64,000 nucleotides of DNA from Trichoplax sp. H2. Taxonomy: Eukaryota. Position numbers and translations under genes: made by a program. The stretch spans positions 1 through 64,000 of the forward strand of contig NOWV01000154.1 in the NCBI GenBank assembly GCA_003344405.1, written 5' to 3'. Below, piece after piece: positions 41,601 through 54,639 of the stretch. The stretch's first letter is position 1, and every line of letters begins with the position of its first letter. The notes below the pieces were generated by a model. That model ran no database searches. It was not told the origin of the DNA and saw only the letters and a list, made by a program, of their open reading frames with translations.

Positions 41601-41760
41601 TGCAGTAAAGTGCAAAAGAAAAGCTTTACTACTAGTAGTAGGATAGTCAATCTAGCATTGCAGACTGCAGTTCGTCTACACGTTTGGCTGGTTGAGGAGA
41701 TTGAAAACATCTTTCACTCCGTTTGCGTTGACTTTATTTTACAACTTATCCTAATTAATA

Positions 41761-44700
41761 ATGATAGCTATTAGAAATGCAGCTGTTAAGCCAACTACCT
41801 GGCGCCCGTTGCTGTCCTCCATCAGAAGTATATCATTCGTTTTTCAATCAGAAGATGCCTCATCAGTTGGCTTGCATGGAGGTACAGTATGTTAATGTAC
41901 TATCTTTGACTCTGTTATTATTGGGAGGTGCGCGACAATAATTCGCTCCAATCGCGACACATGCCAACAATATTATAAAATAAACCCACTTGAAATAAAG
42001 GAACACTACAACAATATCTTGCCTAAGTTGCGTTACTGTATTAGAGGTATTGGAGATGGCAGATTTATTCACTGTTGTATACGACTGTATCGATGGATTA
42101 TCTTTGCTAAAAGTGTAATGTAAGAATAAACGTGAAATGGTTAATCTTTCTGCAATTTTGACGTCAGTCGCCAATTACCTAATATGGAGCGATCAATGGG
42201 ATATGTACTTATTTTTTAGCTCTTCTGTAAGAAATTTCTGCTCTTGTGTACTGTAAGTAAGAAGCAATGGAGAGTTATTGTTGATCTTAAGCTGGATCCT
42301 TTAAATGCACACTGACTGCAGCTTATCACGGGATAGATCTCAGACTGTCCACATATAAGGCTACTCAAATCACAACGTAGGATGACTATTCATGAGCTTT
42401 CGACCTATTGTAGTTGCGCTTTCACATGTGTAAATTCGTGAAATTGACATGATCCGATCTATCAATAGGACTTTATTTCTCAAATGTGCGCGTACGGGTA
42501 TATAATATATTAATCAGCTATGAAATATTGTACTAATATTCATTTACCGTAAAACATACATAAGTACCTTACTGTGCGCAACTGCTAATCACATTCTTAT
42601 TCAATTTAATATCGATCGTAAGGGATAATACGTATATTTCAAAGTACAGTGCTTAATAAACTTTCAAATGCGATGTTCTCATTCCTATAGGTGAAACGAA
42701 AAGATTAAATTTGTTTCAATCGTTAACGAATGCTATGGATATTGCTATGGCTAGTGACCCAAATGCAGGTAAGATATATATCACATATTGACGGTTATAA
42801 TTGATAACCTGAATTTTTGTTTTATGCAATGTACTCTATCCAATAATATATGATAAATGATAGTTAACACAACACCTGTGCAATGCACACAGTGTGCATA
42901 CTAAGTAATTGAAATTATATTATACGTTTATTATACGTATTTGCAAGCCCAACATTAATCGGTAAATTTTGGCCTTTCAAGAACTAAAAACAAATAGTAG
43001 AGAAATAAATTTGCAAGTGGGTGTAACTGCTAGCTGACATTGCATGTTAAAATGGAATAAATTGTTCATATCTATTCGAATCTGTTGTACCTAGTCTCCT
43101 CAACGACCGTAAGAACAGTTTAGTTTTGAGCTTAAGAAAAGTCTAGCTTTATTTTACAGAACTCTCTTATATGGCTATGCATCAATTTGCACATCCGATG
43201 ATAAAGATTTTACAAGTTTTAGATAAAAATAGTACTTCAGAACTGTTATGTATCTATATTATTATTTTGCACGATAGTTACTCTGAGTGCAGCTAGTAAA
43301 GTTGATCTTTTTACTCATCAACATGTGCTTAGATGCTTCCACTAATAACACAAAATGTCATCATGATACGAGAACTTCACTAGCTATATTTAAGGCTATG
43401 ATATACTGTAGGCTATGCTATTTCACAAATAAAATCTTATTACATATCCATATGAATAATTACATACGAGTATTAATATTAAATATTAAATACTCATCTA
43501 ATTTACCTTTTAATTATAACGACTTATTTTTACAATACTGTACATATCAGAACCCAATCTAATTCAATTACATTTTATGGAAAACTGTGAGACATCTTTA
43601 ATAATGGTTTACTATACCTATTACAAAGATTTCAAGTTACATAAATTCTTAGTAAATATCAATTAACAACTAATAATATAAGCCTTGATATCTGTATAGC
43701 AGAAGTACTCGAACTTTTAATAGCATTAACGTCGTTGATATTAGCAATGAATGATATCTCTATCTAAAAAATCAACTCAAGTTAATTCTAAAGGTCTATT
43801 TTAATTTTGCGTCAAATAGAACAACAGATATTAACATTTCTCATGTAATTGATAAAATAAATAGTTATCTTTGGAGAAGACGTTGCCTTTGGTGGCGTAT
43901 TTCGCTGCACTTTAGGACTAGCGGACAAGTACGGTTAGTCCAATCCAAGATCTTTGGCAATTAGCGACTATTGAATTAGAGGTCATTTACACTTGTAAAG
44001 ATAGGTAATTTCGTAATGTATTATTTTCATCTATACAGGAAAGGATCGAGTATTTAATACTCCATTATGTGAGCAAGGAATTGCCGGTTTTGGAATTGGT
44101 TTAGCGGCTGCTGGAGCTACTGCGATAGCAGAAATTCAATTTGCTGACTATATATTTCCCGCTTTTGATCAGGTACTGCAAATACCAAAGTAAGAATAGA
44201 ACGATTTTATCTGTTATAATATTATATAATAGTCGATAATCAACTTAAATTGCCTACTAAGGTAATATATTAGTAAGAAATACGCAGTATGTTATATTTC
44301 CGAACGTAAAATAAAATTTACTCCACGGAAATGACCCTTATATCATCGATATGCCAGACGTGTAAAATTTGCCTGTTATTGTAAATATTATCCAGTTGAG
44401 CTAGAACAGTAACCTTGATAATTATGTTGTACAATCTTACAAATTTATACCAAGGGGATGCACTCAACCAGTAGAGTCTATACAGCTAACAATTAACCGC
44501 TTTTTATCGATTGTGTTTATTGCAATTTTAACCACAGATTGTAAATGAAGCTGCAAAATATCGCTATCGCTCTGGTAATATATATGACTGTGGCAAGTTA
44601 ACAATCAGAGCACCTTGTGGAGCTGTTGGTCATGGTGCCTTATATCATTCGCAGTCACCAGAAGCATACTTTTCACATACTCCTGGACTTAAGGTTCGAC

Positions 44701-46024
44701 TAATTACTGCAGTATTTAAAAAATTTGCAAACTGACCTACATTAATTCTGATCAAGATCTCTTGCACTGCCATTCATCTAATGCTACATAATATTATTTT
44801 AAGTGTATATCACCATAGATATTATTATAATCTAAGCAGGGAAGTCTCTTTGTTTCGTTTGCTAAGGTTGTCATTCCTCGCAGTCCTATACAAGCCAAAG
44901 GTCTGCTGTTGTCTTGCATTCGTGATCCGAATCCTGCCATATTTTTAGAACCGAAAGTGCTATATCGTTCTGCAGGTTGTAGATTAATGTTATAATGCTG
45001 TCTTTTAATCGCTAAATAAGTTACATTTTTATTATATTGCATCACAGTCGAAGAAGTTCCGGTAGATGACTATGAAATTCCGCTATCAAAAGCTGAAGTA
45101 GTTATGGAGGGTAAGGATAGTTCTAGTGTTCAGAAATTTGATCGCTTGTAATTGATAAAGCAGCGCAAACTTTGCTATGTCATATTTGCAAAGTACTATG
45201 CTTGTGATAACATAGGATTCTTTAAATCTATACTCTTTACGTTCGTAGAGATGCTATCAAATGTACCAAATCTTGTCTTTAAAAGGCATGATTTTTGGCT
45301 GTAAATACGGCTTAAATTACATGATGATACAATCTTTTGATTTCATACCATCTTAAAGTAGTTTATAATAACATTTCTAAACCGTGCATGATGGAATTAT
45401 TTGCTAATTTAATACCTTGAGATTTGTATGTTTTGTTTTATAGGTAGCGACATAACACTTGTCGCTTGGGGCACTCAATTTCACATTATAAAAGAGGTTG
45501 CCGATATGGCTCGTGAAAAATTTGGAGCATCATGTGAAGTTATAGATTTAAGAACAATTTTACCTTGGGATTATCAAACTGTAGTGAAGGTAGTATATAT
45601 ATTACAGTTGATTATTATTGAAAATTTTGTATGCGATTTCTAAAGTGAAGCTATCTAAACAGACTAAATCACGCTATAATTTCTTAATGCAATTTTAAAG
45701 TCTGTTAAGAAAACTGGAAGACTAGTTGTGAGCCATGAAGCCCCAATAACCTCTGGATTTGGAGCCGAAATTGCTAGTACTATCCAGGTTGATTTATGAC
45801 AAATACTTATTTCCATGTACGATTTCATATTTCAGTTTAGCATAAGAACTTGACTGTAAGGTTTTCTTTATATCAATATTTAGGAGCGATGCTTTCTTAG
45901 CTTAGAAGCGCCAATCCAGAGAGTATGTGGGTTGGATACACCTTTCCCACACATATTTGAACCCTTCTATGTTCCGGATAAGTGGCGATGCTTAGACGCT
46001 GTTAAGAAAGCACTCGACTATTAA
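41761..46024 (+). CDS. BCKDHB: 2-oxoisovalerate dehydrogenase E1 beta subunit, mitochondrial; 10 exons: 41761-41881, 42691-42768, 43865-43933, 44039-44172, 44538-44693, 44867-44975, 45048-45110, 45444-45589, 45701-45787, 45884-46024
   Basis: Arg/Ser-rich presequence [23 protein letters not shown], then [101 protein letters not shown]. Confidence 0.96.
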
Positions 46025-46139
46025 TAGTATTATTTCCTTTATGATTATGCATCTAATACTGCTTTATAACTGGTGTTTGATTAGGTAAATAGTACTTATC
46101 TTGATAGATTGATATGTGTAAGTATTGGGTATATTACTC

Positions 46140-47223
46140 CTAAAATACTTTGTATTCCCATGAGATATCAAAAGCGAATGAACTTATACCCGATTCTACT
46201 ACCATACACATATTATTAATATATACTATAAAAATTATACCAGAATACACTTGTACAAATACGCTAGCGTCAGATACAAGTTGCTGCTTTAACTGGTATA
46301 CAGTACTAATATAATTATTATTGAATCTTCCGAGGCCAGATTCCGATCTCTGCGTGTCGTATTTTGTACCGTAAGTCATAATATTTGTATCAGTAGTAAC
46401 TTTTCCGATTACAGTTCTGACTTGCGTTATTAGTACCATGATTTCTGATTTGAAATTGCATTACGGACTTCTACTGATGCTATTAAATGCAAGATATAGT
46501 GGAGATTTACTTGATAACTGATTACATGGACAGTTTAGTTAAAGTATAACTTTTTTCTTAATATTTGAACACAATCTAAATTTTTAATCGTTGATGGAAA
46601 CTATTTTCAATAGTAAATAATAGCATAGAATATATTTCAAAAGGCCTGGAAGTTTATATAAGTTTCTCGTTGGCTAAATTCGTGCTTATGTATAGGAACA
46701 TTAATATTAATCATCAAATTTTCGGTCTTAAGAAAGAGCGACGTTTTTACCAAAGATAAACCTTTTGCAAAAAAATTGTGACATTTAATACAGGCAGTTA
46801 ATGGTAACAGTGAATATGATGTTAAAATTAAAATATTAGAGCAAATAAAAATTGCATTGGCTCATGTATTTAATGATCTTAGTATTTTGCCTACCTTGAT
46901 TAAGATAATCAATTATAGTACAAATTGTAAAGCCAGACAATTGGTAATCCTGCGAAAATTGAAGTCATTCGCAATGATCCATGTATAATAAATAATACAT
47001 AATCTTTCAAACTGCGTGTTTGTAAGATGAGTCAGTCGTCATTTTATTACCAGTGTACGTATCCTTTATCCTTGATTGTCATCATTTTTAATAACCCGAT
47101 AGGCTAAGAATTCTATTTATTTACGCTATTCTAACCAACACGAAATACTTTATCCATATTCTTTACCAAATACTTACTTTGTCTGTGCCACCTTGAAGTA
47201 TATTATTGTTATATTCGATCCTC
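46140..47223 (-). other. Candidate unannotated gene or pseudogene with weak TNF/C1q-like beta-sandwich pattern; putative exons 47223-47178, 46949-46895, 46444-46140
   Basis: Three AG...GT-bounded segments join in frame: RIEYNNNILQGGTDK-DYQLSGFTICTIIDYLNQ-EIMVLITQVRT...RFNNNYISTVYQLKQ...VFVQVYS. The family resemblance is by eye only. Confidence 0.3.
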
Positions 47224-48482
47224 CTGCATGATATAAATACCTTCCAACATACGACTCGTATATACGGTATATAACTTGAATTGGTGAGGCGTTACGTAAA
47301 ATACAATAGTTGAAATTATGGTTAACAAAGTGATGAAGAAACCTTTATAATCATGTCCTTTTAAACAATTCAAACAATTCAATTCTGAGCAACAAGATCC
47401 TTCCTGAGCTCCAAACCTTTCATTGATGTTATCACTAGCTTAAAACATAATTGTTATGCCCTGATAGGTTCTACGACATCCATTAACAGCTGGTGTTCAT
47501 CATACTCAAATGTCCTGTAATATTAGTGACCAAATAATAGTATTAAGATTGTTGTTTGTATCTTCCTCAGTCCTCACCCGGTTAGTAAAGATTAGCCTTA
47601 GTAGGTATGGAAAGTATTATTATCAGGGTTACCTTATATCCAATTTAAGGTATATAAATATTAAATGGCACCTACTGTATAAACTAGCTATTTACAGTAT
47701 GCTAACACACTAATTCAACGGATAGCAGCGATTTCAATGATTTAAAATTTTTTATCAATAATAACATTTTATTGTCGCTAATAGTACCTTAAATTCGTTA
47801 CAATGAAAAGTTAAAATACAATAAACTTCGATGGCGTTACATTGCTTTGATATATGGCATATGGAATAGCGGTCATCCTATTATCGCACCTGTTGAATTG
47901 AAGAATTACCCGTGTAAAAGTTTCAGCCTTTTTTTCTCAAGTTTAATAGCCATTAGAATTGCTTTGATCAATGATTGTTAATCAATCATCTATTAATACG
48001 ACTAACGATAATTGCATTACAGGAGCTCATCAGATGAGACACAGTAAACAATATGCATATCGTAATATTCAAATGATTATTAACAAATTGGACAGACTAA
48101 TTGTCATTTCTCTTAGTAATCATTTATCCCCCCTAGAAGGAAATGATCATTCATTATGAAATGCTTGCGGCCTTAATAGGATCGCCTTATACTGTATTGA
48201 TTTAAAAAAATGATATATTGTGAACGTTAATACACGATAAATCAGCGCAACACACACCTGTATGGATTAAAATTACGGCCAACGTCTTCTTAAGAACTGA
48301 TCGCACTCAGGCAAGATTTTTCAAGATTAGGATTACCCTAGACGTAATAATATCTATTCTACCCCATATACGACAAATATAAGTGTAACACAATTCTAAA
48401 GATAGGCTTCAAAAATCCGGCAATAAATACAAATAATAATAGATGAAGGTAATGAACTACATAAAATCACCCTCATATATGG

Positions 48483-48520
48483 TTAACTTTTTGACCGGCG
48501 ATACGAGTCTCGTATCGCCG
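48483..48520. repeat. GC-rich perfect hairpin, possible solitary DNA-transposon terminus
   Basis: cggcgatacgag-t-ctcgtatcgccg (12-bp arms, 48496-48520) preceded by ttaactttttgac. Confidence 0.6.
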
Positions 48521-51145
48521 TATCGGCATTTACTTTAGCATTAATGACCTAAAGCTAAATAACATCGGCTATTGTGTACTTAGGAACTTTTATTTCGCTT
48601 ACAGGTAAAGTCAATATCGAATTAAAAATTGACGGATTTGTTTATAGTGATGCCCCTTTACCATAGTGATTTCATTGAAAACAATAATAACTCAATCAAA
48701 TACATTGGCAATTCTAATGCGATAATCGTATTGTTATCGTCGCAAGTGATGGCGAAATGCTAATAGGATTAATTTTAATTGGCGGTATCTCAAAGGCATC
48801 ATTAATGTATTGTCTTCGATGATAATGACTTACGAGAAGGGACGGATCATAGCTATCTCGTTGCCCATCATATAACAATTGTGTAATAAAATATTGATGA
48901 CGTTCACATAATGCAATAGTCATCTGAATTTCTTTTTCGTTAGTCTATCGACTTGATTTCAAACTATTCATACAGATGAATCTAATAGTAAGAAATACAT
49001 ATACAATAACATTAAAACGGTATACGAACATGCTATTAGGGCTATCCAGTCTTAGCCTTAACCTGCCCTTCATATATTGAGTTGATCAACTAAAAACATG
49101 AATGAGGATATAAATTGAACTTGATTTTAACAATTTTTCGCAATGGGTTTTTTTACCGTTTCCAAGCATATTTATGTCATTTAATATTATACGTACATAT
49201 GATGCAATTGCGGAAGATAGGAGATCGTTGCAAAAATAGCATCAGATGTAATCGTTTATTTTGATTGAGGTATATAGTAAATAATGAGATGAAGTTGTTT
49301 GAATTTGTGAAAATAAGTACTGTAGGTAAATACAAAAAAAAATAAAAATCACTGTGTCAGCAAATTCCACTATAAATTTATTTTTTAGTGATATGATAGT
49401 AATTGACCAATAATAATTACGCATGCAATCATACGCAAAATAAAGGATTCATTTAAATATGGATTACCGCATTTCGTGGAAGGATGAAAAAATTGCATCT
49501 TGATTATTTTATCGCGATGCACTTACAGACACTCAATTGATTAAAATGTGAAATTTTTTTATTATTCCACGGTTTTAAAATTACATTCTTAATTTCGCCC
49601 AATGGTGCATGAATAGGCACAACTAATGACTAGTGACATAAAAATAAACCAATTTCGAAGATATGGATGTAACATATATTAGTAACATTCCATGTGTATC
49701 ACATTGTGTCACTAATTACATATAATTTTAGTGGATCGATTATATTAGAGAACTTCGTTTAACCAACTCCAAATATTATAATTTAAGATTTTGCATTACA
49801 GACTGTAACCTACATACATATTTTATATGTAACACATAATAACATCAAAAACAAAATAATCGATCGAAACAAATTATCTATGCTAAGTGCTATTGGCATC
49901 ATAAACATGATCATAAAGATTTGTGTATCCGTTTGTGATCTTATCGAATGAAGTGTACTCCTTAAGTATTGTACAAATACTGCGAGAGTTGCACTGAAAT
50001 GAATACAAAATGCTTTAGTTCAAACTAGAGATGATGACATGGATGTGCATTTCAAATTGTTGAGAATGGTCGATGTTAGAATAATATACGATACAACGAT
50101 GATTATTATCATTACATGATAAGAGAGCAATAGCGCGGACGTAATCATTCCTTTCAATCGATGGAATAGGTACAATAGTTACACAGAATTTAGTAAGTAT
50201 AACTTAATACACCAGTACGGTGCTATAACTTGGACAATAACAGTAATACTTAAAACTTTTACGATAACGCAAATTAAGATGATAGCAGAATGTAAGCCTT
50301 GACATATTTGAAGAGATAATTACAAGTTTAACTATGACAAGAATAAATTTAAATTTCGCTATGATATGCTAGGGTTAATGAACTTGGATGATATCTTTTG
50401 CAATCATAACAATAAGACAAGGCAGATTAAAGAAAACAAAAATAGTTTGAACGGATATCGATCGATTTGAAATATTAACAAAATTAAAACGATAATCCAT
50501 GCTATACAGTTATCGTGATGACACGAATTTAATCCTAGTGCATGTCCCATGTGTTCTTCATTTACGTATTCATGGTTGCGATGATCCAGCAAGTAACAAG
50601 TTACATAACTTTAATTTATACCAGTTTTATGTTTTACTTTTTTAAAATGATTTAAACATTAAGCTAGCAGAATTAGAATTAGAGACCCTTTAGGGAAGAA
50701 AAATTGGAGTAATTTCTTACATTGCTGCTTTTGAAATCCTTTTACCTACTTTGTAAACGGCCTATTTCCATCTTTCATCGTAATTAGACAAAAGTTAGGT
50801 AGTGATTTCGTAAAGAGCATGGTTACAATAGCTTAATTATGTACAAATAGTGACACATACCATATTGCTCTGGGTAAGCAAAAGCTTTAAAATCATAAAA
50901 ACCTTGATGAATGCTATAGTGCGACAAGCTAAGATAACGATACATATTGTTTGTACATAAATGTATATATATATATACTAGATTAAAACCAGATGAACAG
51001 TACTTTTAATTATGCGGAAATTAGTTTCTTTATGGGTAGAATTAAACTAAAGAGATGATGACTACATACATGTATGCCACATATCTATAATCTATAGTAA
51101 CGGTTATCAAGCAGTATTGCGCTAGACAAGCACATATATGTGAAA

Positions 51146-51146
<1 letters not shown>

Positions 51147-51171
<25 letters not shown>
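51147..51171. repeat. (TA)n microsatellite in the probable TENT5 3' UTR
   Basis: About 12 TA units; a shorter run lies at ~50963-50977. Confidence 0.8.
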
Positions 51172-51176
<5 letters not shown>

Positions 51177-51857
51177 CGTTTTTATGATGTATGGATACAT
51201 AGATAGATAGATAGTTACGTACATATATAGTAGATTTACAAATGTATAGAGACAAGCTACACGTTTGATCATTACGATAGGAGTAGATACAGTAGTATAA
51301 CGTCGACACCGCCAATACTAATCGGTGCAATAAAAATTATAACTGTAATAATTAATAAAACCTTTATATTGCAATGTAATCATAATAAGTCGATATTATC
51401 TTTCGACAAGTAACGATTCTTTAAGTTTCTTTATAAGAAATTAGGACTTGATAAAGCACAAGCAATTACTCTAATAATTAAAATACATACACGATCTATT
51501 AATGACGATTGATGAATTTTTGTCAAGATACCAGTTTAAAGGATAAAAAAATAATTTTTTTGTACCTACATTACGGAATATATCGCATTCCTAAGTTTCA
51601 ATAATATGACAGTTTCTAAATCGGTCATCTATTATTAATAGCAATCTATTGTGATGTACTATTAATAATTACAGGAGTTCCGATTAGTAAATAACTAACA
51701 GTAAGATTTATACGAGTTGCAGCGTAGATCTTCCCACTTATTCAAACATACCATGAACCTAATTGATATTGATGTCCATAGATTACCATCTGTATTTTTT
51801 CTTGTTTTACGACAGTCTAGTACTTAATATAAGGAGAATCGTTTAAACACTTATTGG

Positions 51858-53138
51858 TTAACAAGTGATGGGTACCCATTTGCTGGAAGGCCAGCCAAGA
51901 TTTGATGAAGATATAGACATCATTTGAAGCGATTGGGTTTGTTGCTGTATACGATTGGCTGTCGGATGATGTTGCAAGTGTTGCTGAAGTGGTAAAGCGC
52001 CGGGTAATAGTTGTGGTGGACCAGGTTGCAACCGCTGTTGCTTCAAGCGACGATATGTATGAGGATGTCGCTGTTGCTGGTGTTGAGGCACATAACTGAT
52101 AGGGATATATTGATTATAACGTGATTGTAGTGTCACATTTGTATTGTACATTTCACCTATTAAATAATCGATCATGTCCAATGTTTGCCAACGTTCATGG
52201 CGCATCAAGCAAACAGTTGAATTACCAATAACATTGTATAGTGTCTTTAGAAATTCCAATTTATGGTGATCTTCACCAATAAAATGGTCTGCGACGTAAC
52301 TTTGTAATTTTTGCCATTGTGTCTGGACATCGGCGAAATCGATAAAAAATCGACTGCACATGTAACGTTCTAAACTTCGCAAATGATCGGTATCTATAGG
52401 CACGAAACCGTGAACTAACAAATTGCAGTATTTTAGTAAACCACCACCACGAATTTCCTCAGGTTTATGAGTGACGATATAACGATTTTTTAGATGGCTT
52501 AAGGCCAAAGCAAAATCACCATATACCGATTCACCAATAACAGTTGGAAAAATGTTACGACACATTTCATAACATGATGATTTGTAATGTTCCAACATTG
52601 AATCCAAAATAATTTGAAAGGAATCGACAGAAAATTCATATTGACGTCTCATACGATCGACAAATTTCAATTCGAAATTTTTTCCGTTGTTATTATACAA
52701 GGAAATCAACGACCAACAATCCATTTCTTTGATCACTTTCACCATTTTGCGAACATAGGCAGACTGCAATGTTGTATCAGTCAATCTATCTTTGACTACA
52801 TCATTCGGTAGTGAATCGAGTAAGGCATCAAGAACGATTTGCTTGACCTTATCCATCTCTTCTTGATCATCCATTTTGACGCGAAAGATAACATCGATAT
52901 CGTGGTATGTAGGCGCTTCGTGACCACCTAAGGCGAAGCTAGCACCACTACCATTCAAACGAACATCATACAAATGTATACCGTGGATTGCCAGTTTCTT
53001 CAATATTAAATTGACAAATTGATATGGACGGACTTCCAATGAAGGAAAATTTCCAACTCCATCGATGGATATCACTTGAGTCAAAATTTCGTCCAACCGA
53101 CTGACTTGATCATAATCCAATATATGAGAGTTAGCCAT
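51858..53138 (-). CDS. TENT5: Terminal nucleotidyltransferase 5 (FAM46) non-canonical poly(A) polymerase, intronless, 426 aa
   Basis: GNFPSL, RLNGSGAS, DIDVIF (catalytic DxD), YVRKMVKV, WSLISL, ELKFVD, RRQYEFSVDSFQIILD, RGGGLLKYC, ERYMCSRFFIDF, STVCLMRHER. Q/H/P-rich tail. Confidence 0.97.
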   Translation of the reverse strand: MANSHILDYDQVSRLDEILTQVISIDGVGNFPSLEVRPYQFVNLILKKLAIHGIHLYDVRLNGSGASFALGGHEAPTYHDIDVIFRVKMDDQEEMDKVKQIVLDALLDSLPNDVVKDRLTDTTLQSAYVRKMVKVIKEMDCWSLISLYNNNGKNFELKFVDRMRRQYEFSVDSFQIILDSMLEHYKSSCYEMCRNIFPTVIGESVYGDFALALSHLKNRYIVTHKPEEIRGGGLLKYCNLLVHGFVPIDTDHLRSLERYMCSRFFIDFADVQTQWQKLQSYVADHFIGEDHHKLEFLKTLYNVIGNSTVCLMRHERWQTLDMIDYLIGEMYNTNVTLQSRYNQYIPISYVPQHQQQRHPHTYRRLKQQRLQPGPPQLLPGALPLQQHLQHHPTANRIQQQTQSLQMMSISSSNLGWPSSKWVPITC

Positions 53139-53679
53139 AATATAATCGCAGCAAGTTATTCTTGACGTTTGGAAAATAGCAATAGTACACGATTGTCAAT
53201 TTGCTTGCAGATGATGTTTCAAATGAGATAATATCCAATGACACAAGAATATCGTGTTCCTCACTCACGTACAGATGCAAATATGCTATTAAAAAAAAAC
53301 TTGCCCGAACAACAACTCAACTTTTAGGCACCGTGGTACAGGTCTATATTTTTTTCTCTCTTACTTTTTTTTGAATTACTGATACTTTTACGCCTATTGA
53401 AGTTGGAAGTTATCGATTGATAAGGCTAGCAGAAATTCAATTCCTGACTAATAATTGAACAAGTGACAAATGCAACTTTCTACAATGTTGAAAAGTTTGA
53501 CGATAAAAATGACGGAAAAGTCTGCTTCAAATCGCTCTAAAAATGTCAAATCGTCCACAAGTAAGTCTATAAGGGGGATAGTCGCAAATAAAATGTTCAA
53601 ATACTAAATTGCTTTAATATACAAATAGTGTCGATAAAAGAAAATAATCAATTATTCAATGAAATCGCAATCACGATGT

Positions 53680-53770
53680 TCATTGGTCGGGTGTATTATT
53701 GCATAGCAACAACAGACGTTTATTTATAGAAATACATTCATAATGATAGATAGCGGAAGTGATTGGCTAA
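53680..53770 (-). promoter_or_regulatory. Putative TENT5 promoter elements: two CCAAT boxes and an ETS-like CGGAAGT
   Basis: attgg at ~53682 and ~53762 (CCAAT on the gene strand); cggaagt at 53754-53760; ~550-630 bp upstream of the ATG. Confidence 0.35.
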
Positions 53771-53929
53771 TAATGTTGATTGAATGTTTGAATAGAGAAT
53801 TCGTCCAACCCCCTGGCAATCCCGGCATGCCTTGCGATCATTGTTTTCTTTAAATAGATTAGATTCATTCTAATGCTGGCTGAGTGTCGGCATCATATCC
53901 TGTATGCCTTTTACGCTAGACACATACAG

Positions 53930-54170
53930 TCCTGTACTGTTAGACATGACAGTACTATATGGCAGCTTTCAATGGTGGGACGGGACCACAGAGGTAAGAA
54001 AAAACCTTTATGGGTGGCGACTGACAATCTGACAGTGTATTGTACTGTTAGTACTGTACAGTAAAGTACAGTACACGCTAATTGAGCTCTAGAAATTTCT
54101 ACGGTGTACTACTGTATGTCTGACAAAAGTGCTGACTGCTGAGTACGCTGTGCCTTTTTGGCTTGTGTAC
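53930..54170. repeat. Weaker CAGTA/TACTG array upstream of TENT5
   Basis: tgtactgttagtactgtacagtaaagtacagtacac at ~54041-54076 plus flanking copies. Confidence 0.7.
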
Positions 54171-54639
54171 AGTATTTATTAATTAATATTGATAGTGCAA
54201 ATCGAGATAGGTTGTCAACAATAGTCTCTCTAGTGCAATTGACTCTGAATCAAGTCGTGGCTGTAGCGCATACCCATAGATACAGCGACATAGATTTACC
54301 ATCACCCACTGTCAAACAAGTTATTTACGCTAACTTGGCACATTTGAGTTAGAATGGAGATTCACTGCCATCTGTATTGTATGAGTGAGTACAGTATACG
54401 GTATAATATGCGTAGTGTAACGAGCGAGGGGTCTATTAGTGATTATTATAGAAAGTGACATTTTATCTCGTAATATTGTACTGTATTCTTCTAAGCAGTA
54501 CGATGTAATGTTACCGGATGGTATACTCGCAAAGGATGTGTCCGATATGTATATTATACAATATACAGTTGATCTGGATGAAATAGATTTTATTTTACTC
54601 GTATCTTCTCGAGAAAAAAAGCAAGACTCAGCAGAAAGT

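Noticed and set aside
52614-52811. Antisense ORFs overlapping real genes (also 3356-3574, 23399-23647, 44794-45045, 56230-56520)
   Set aside because: Shadow ORFs of coding exons with no independent signal.
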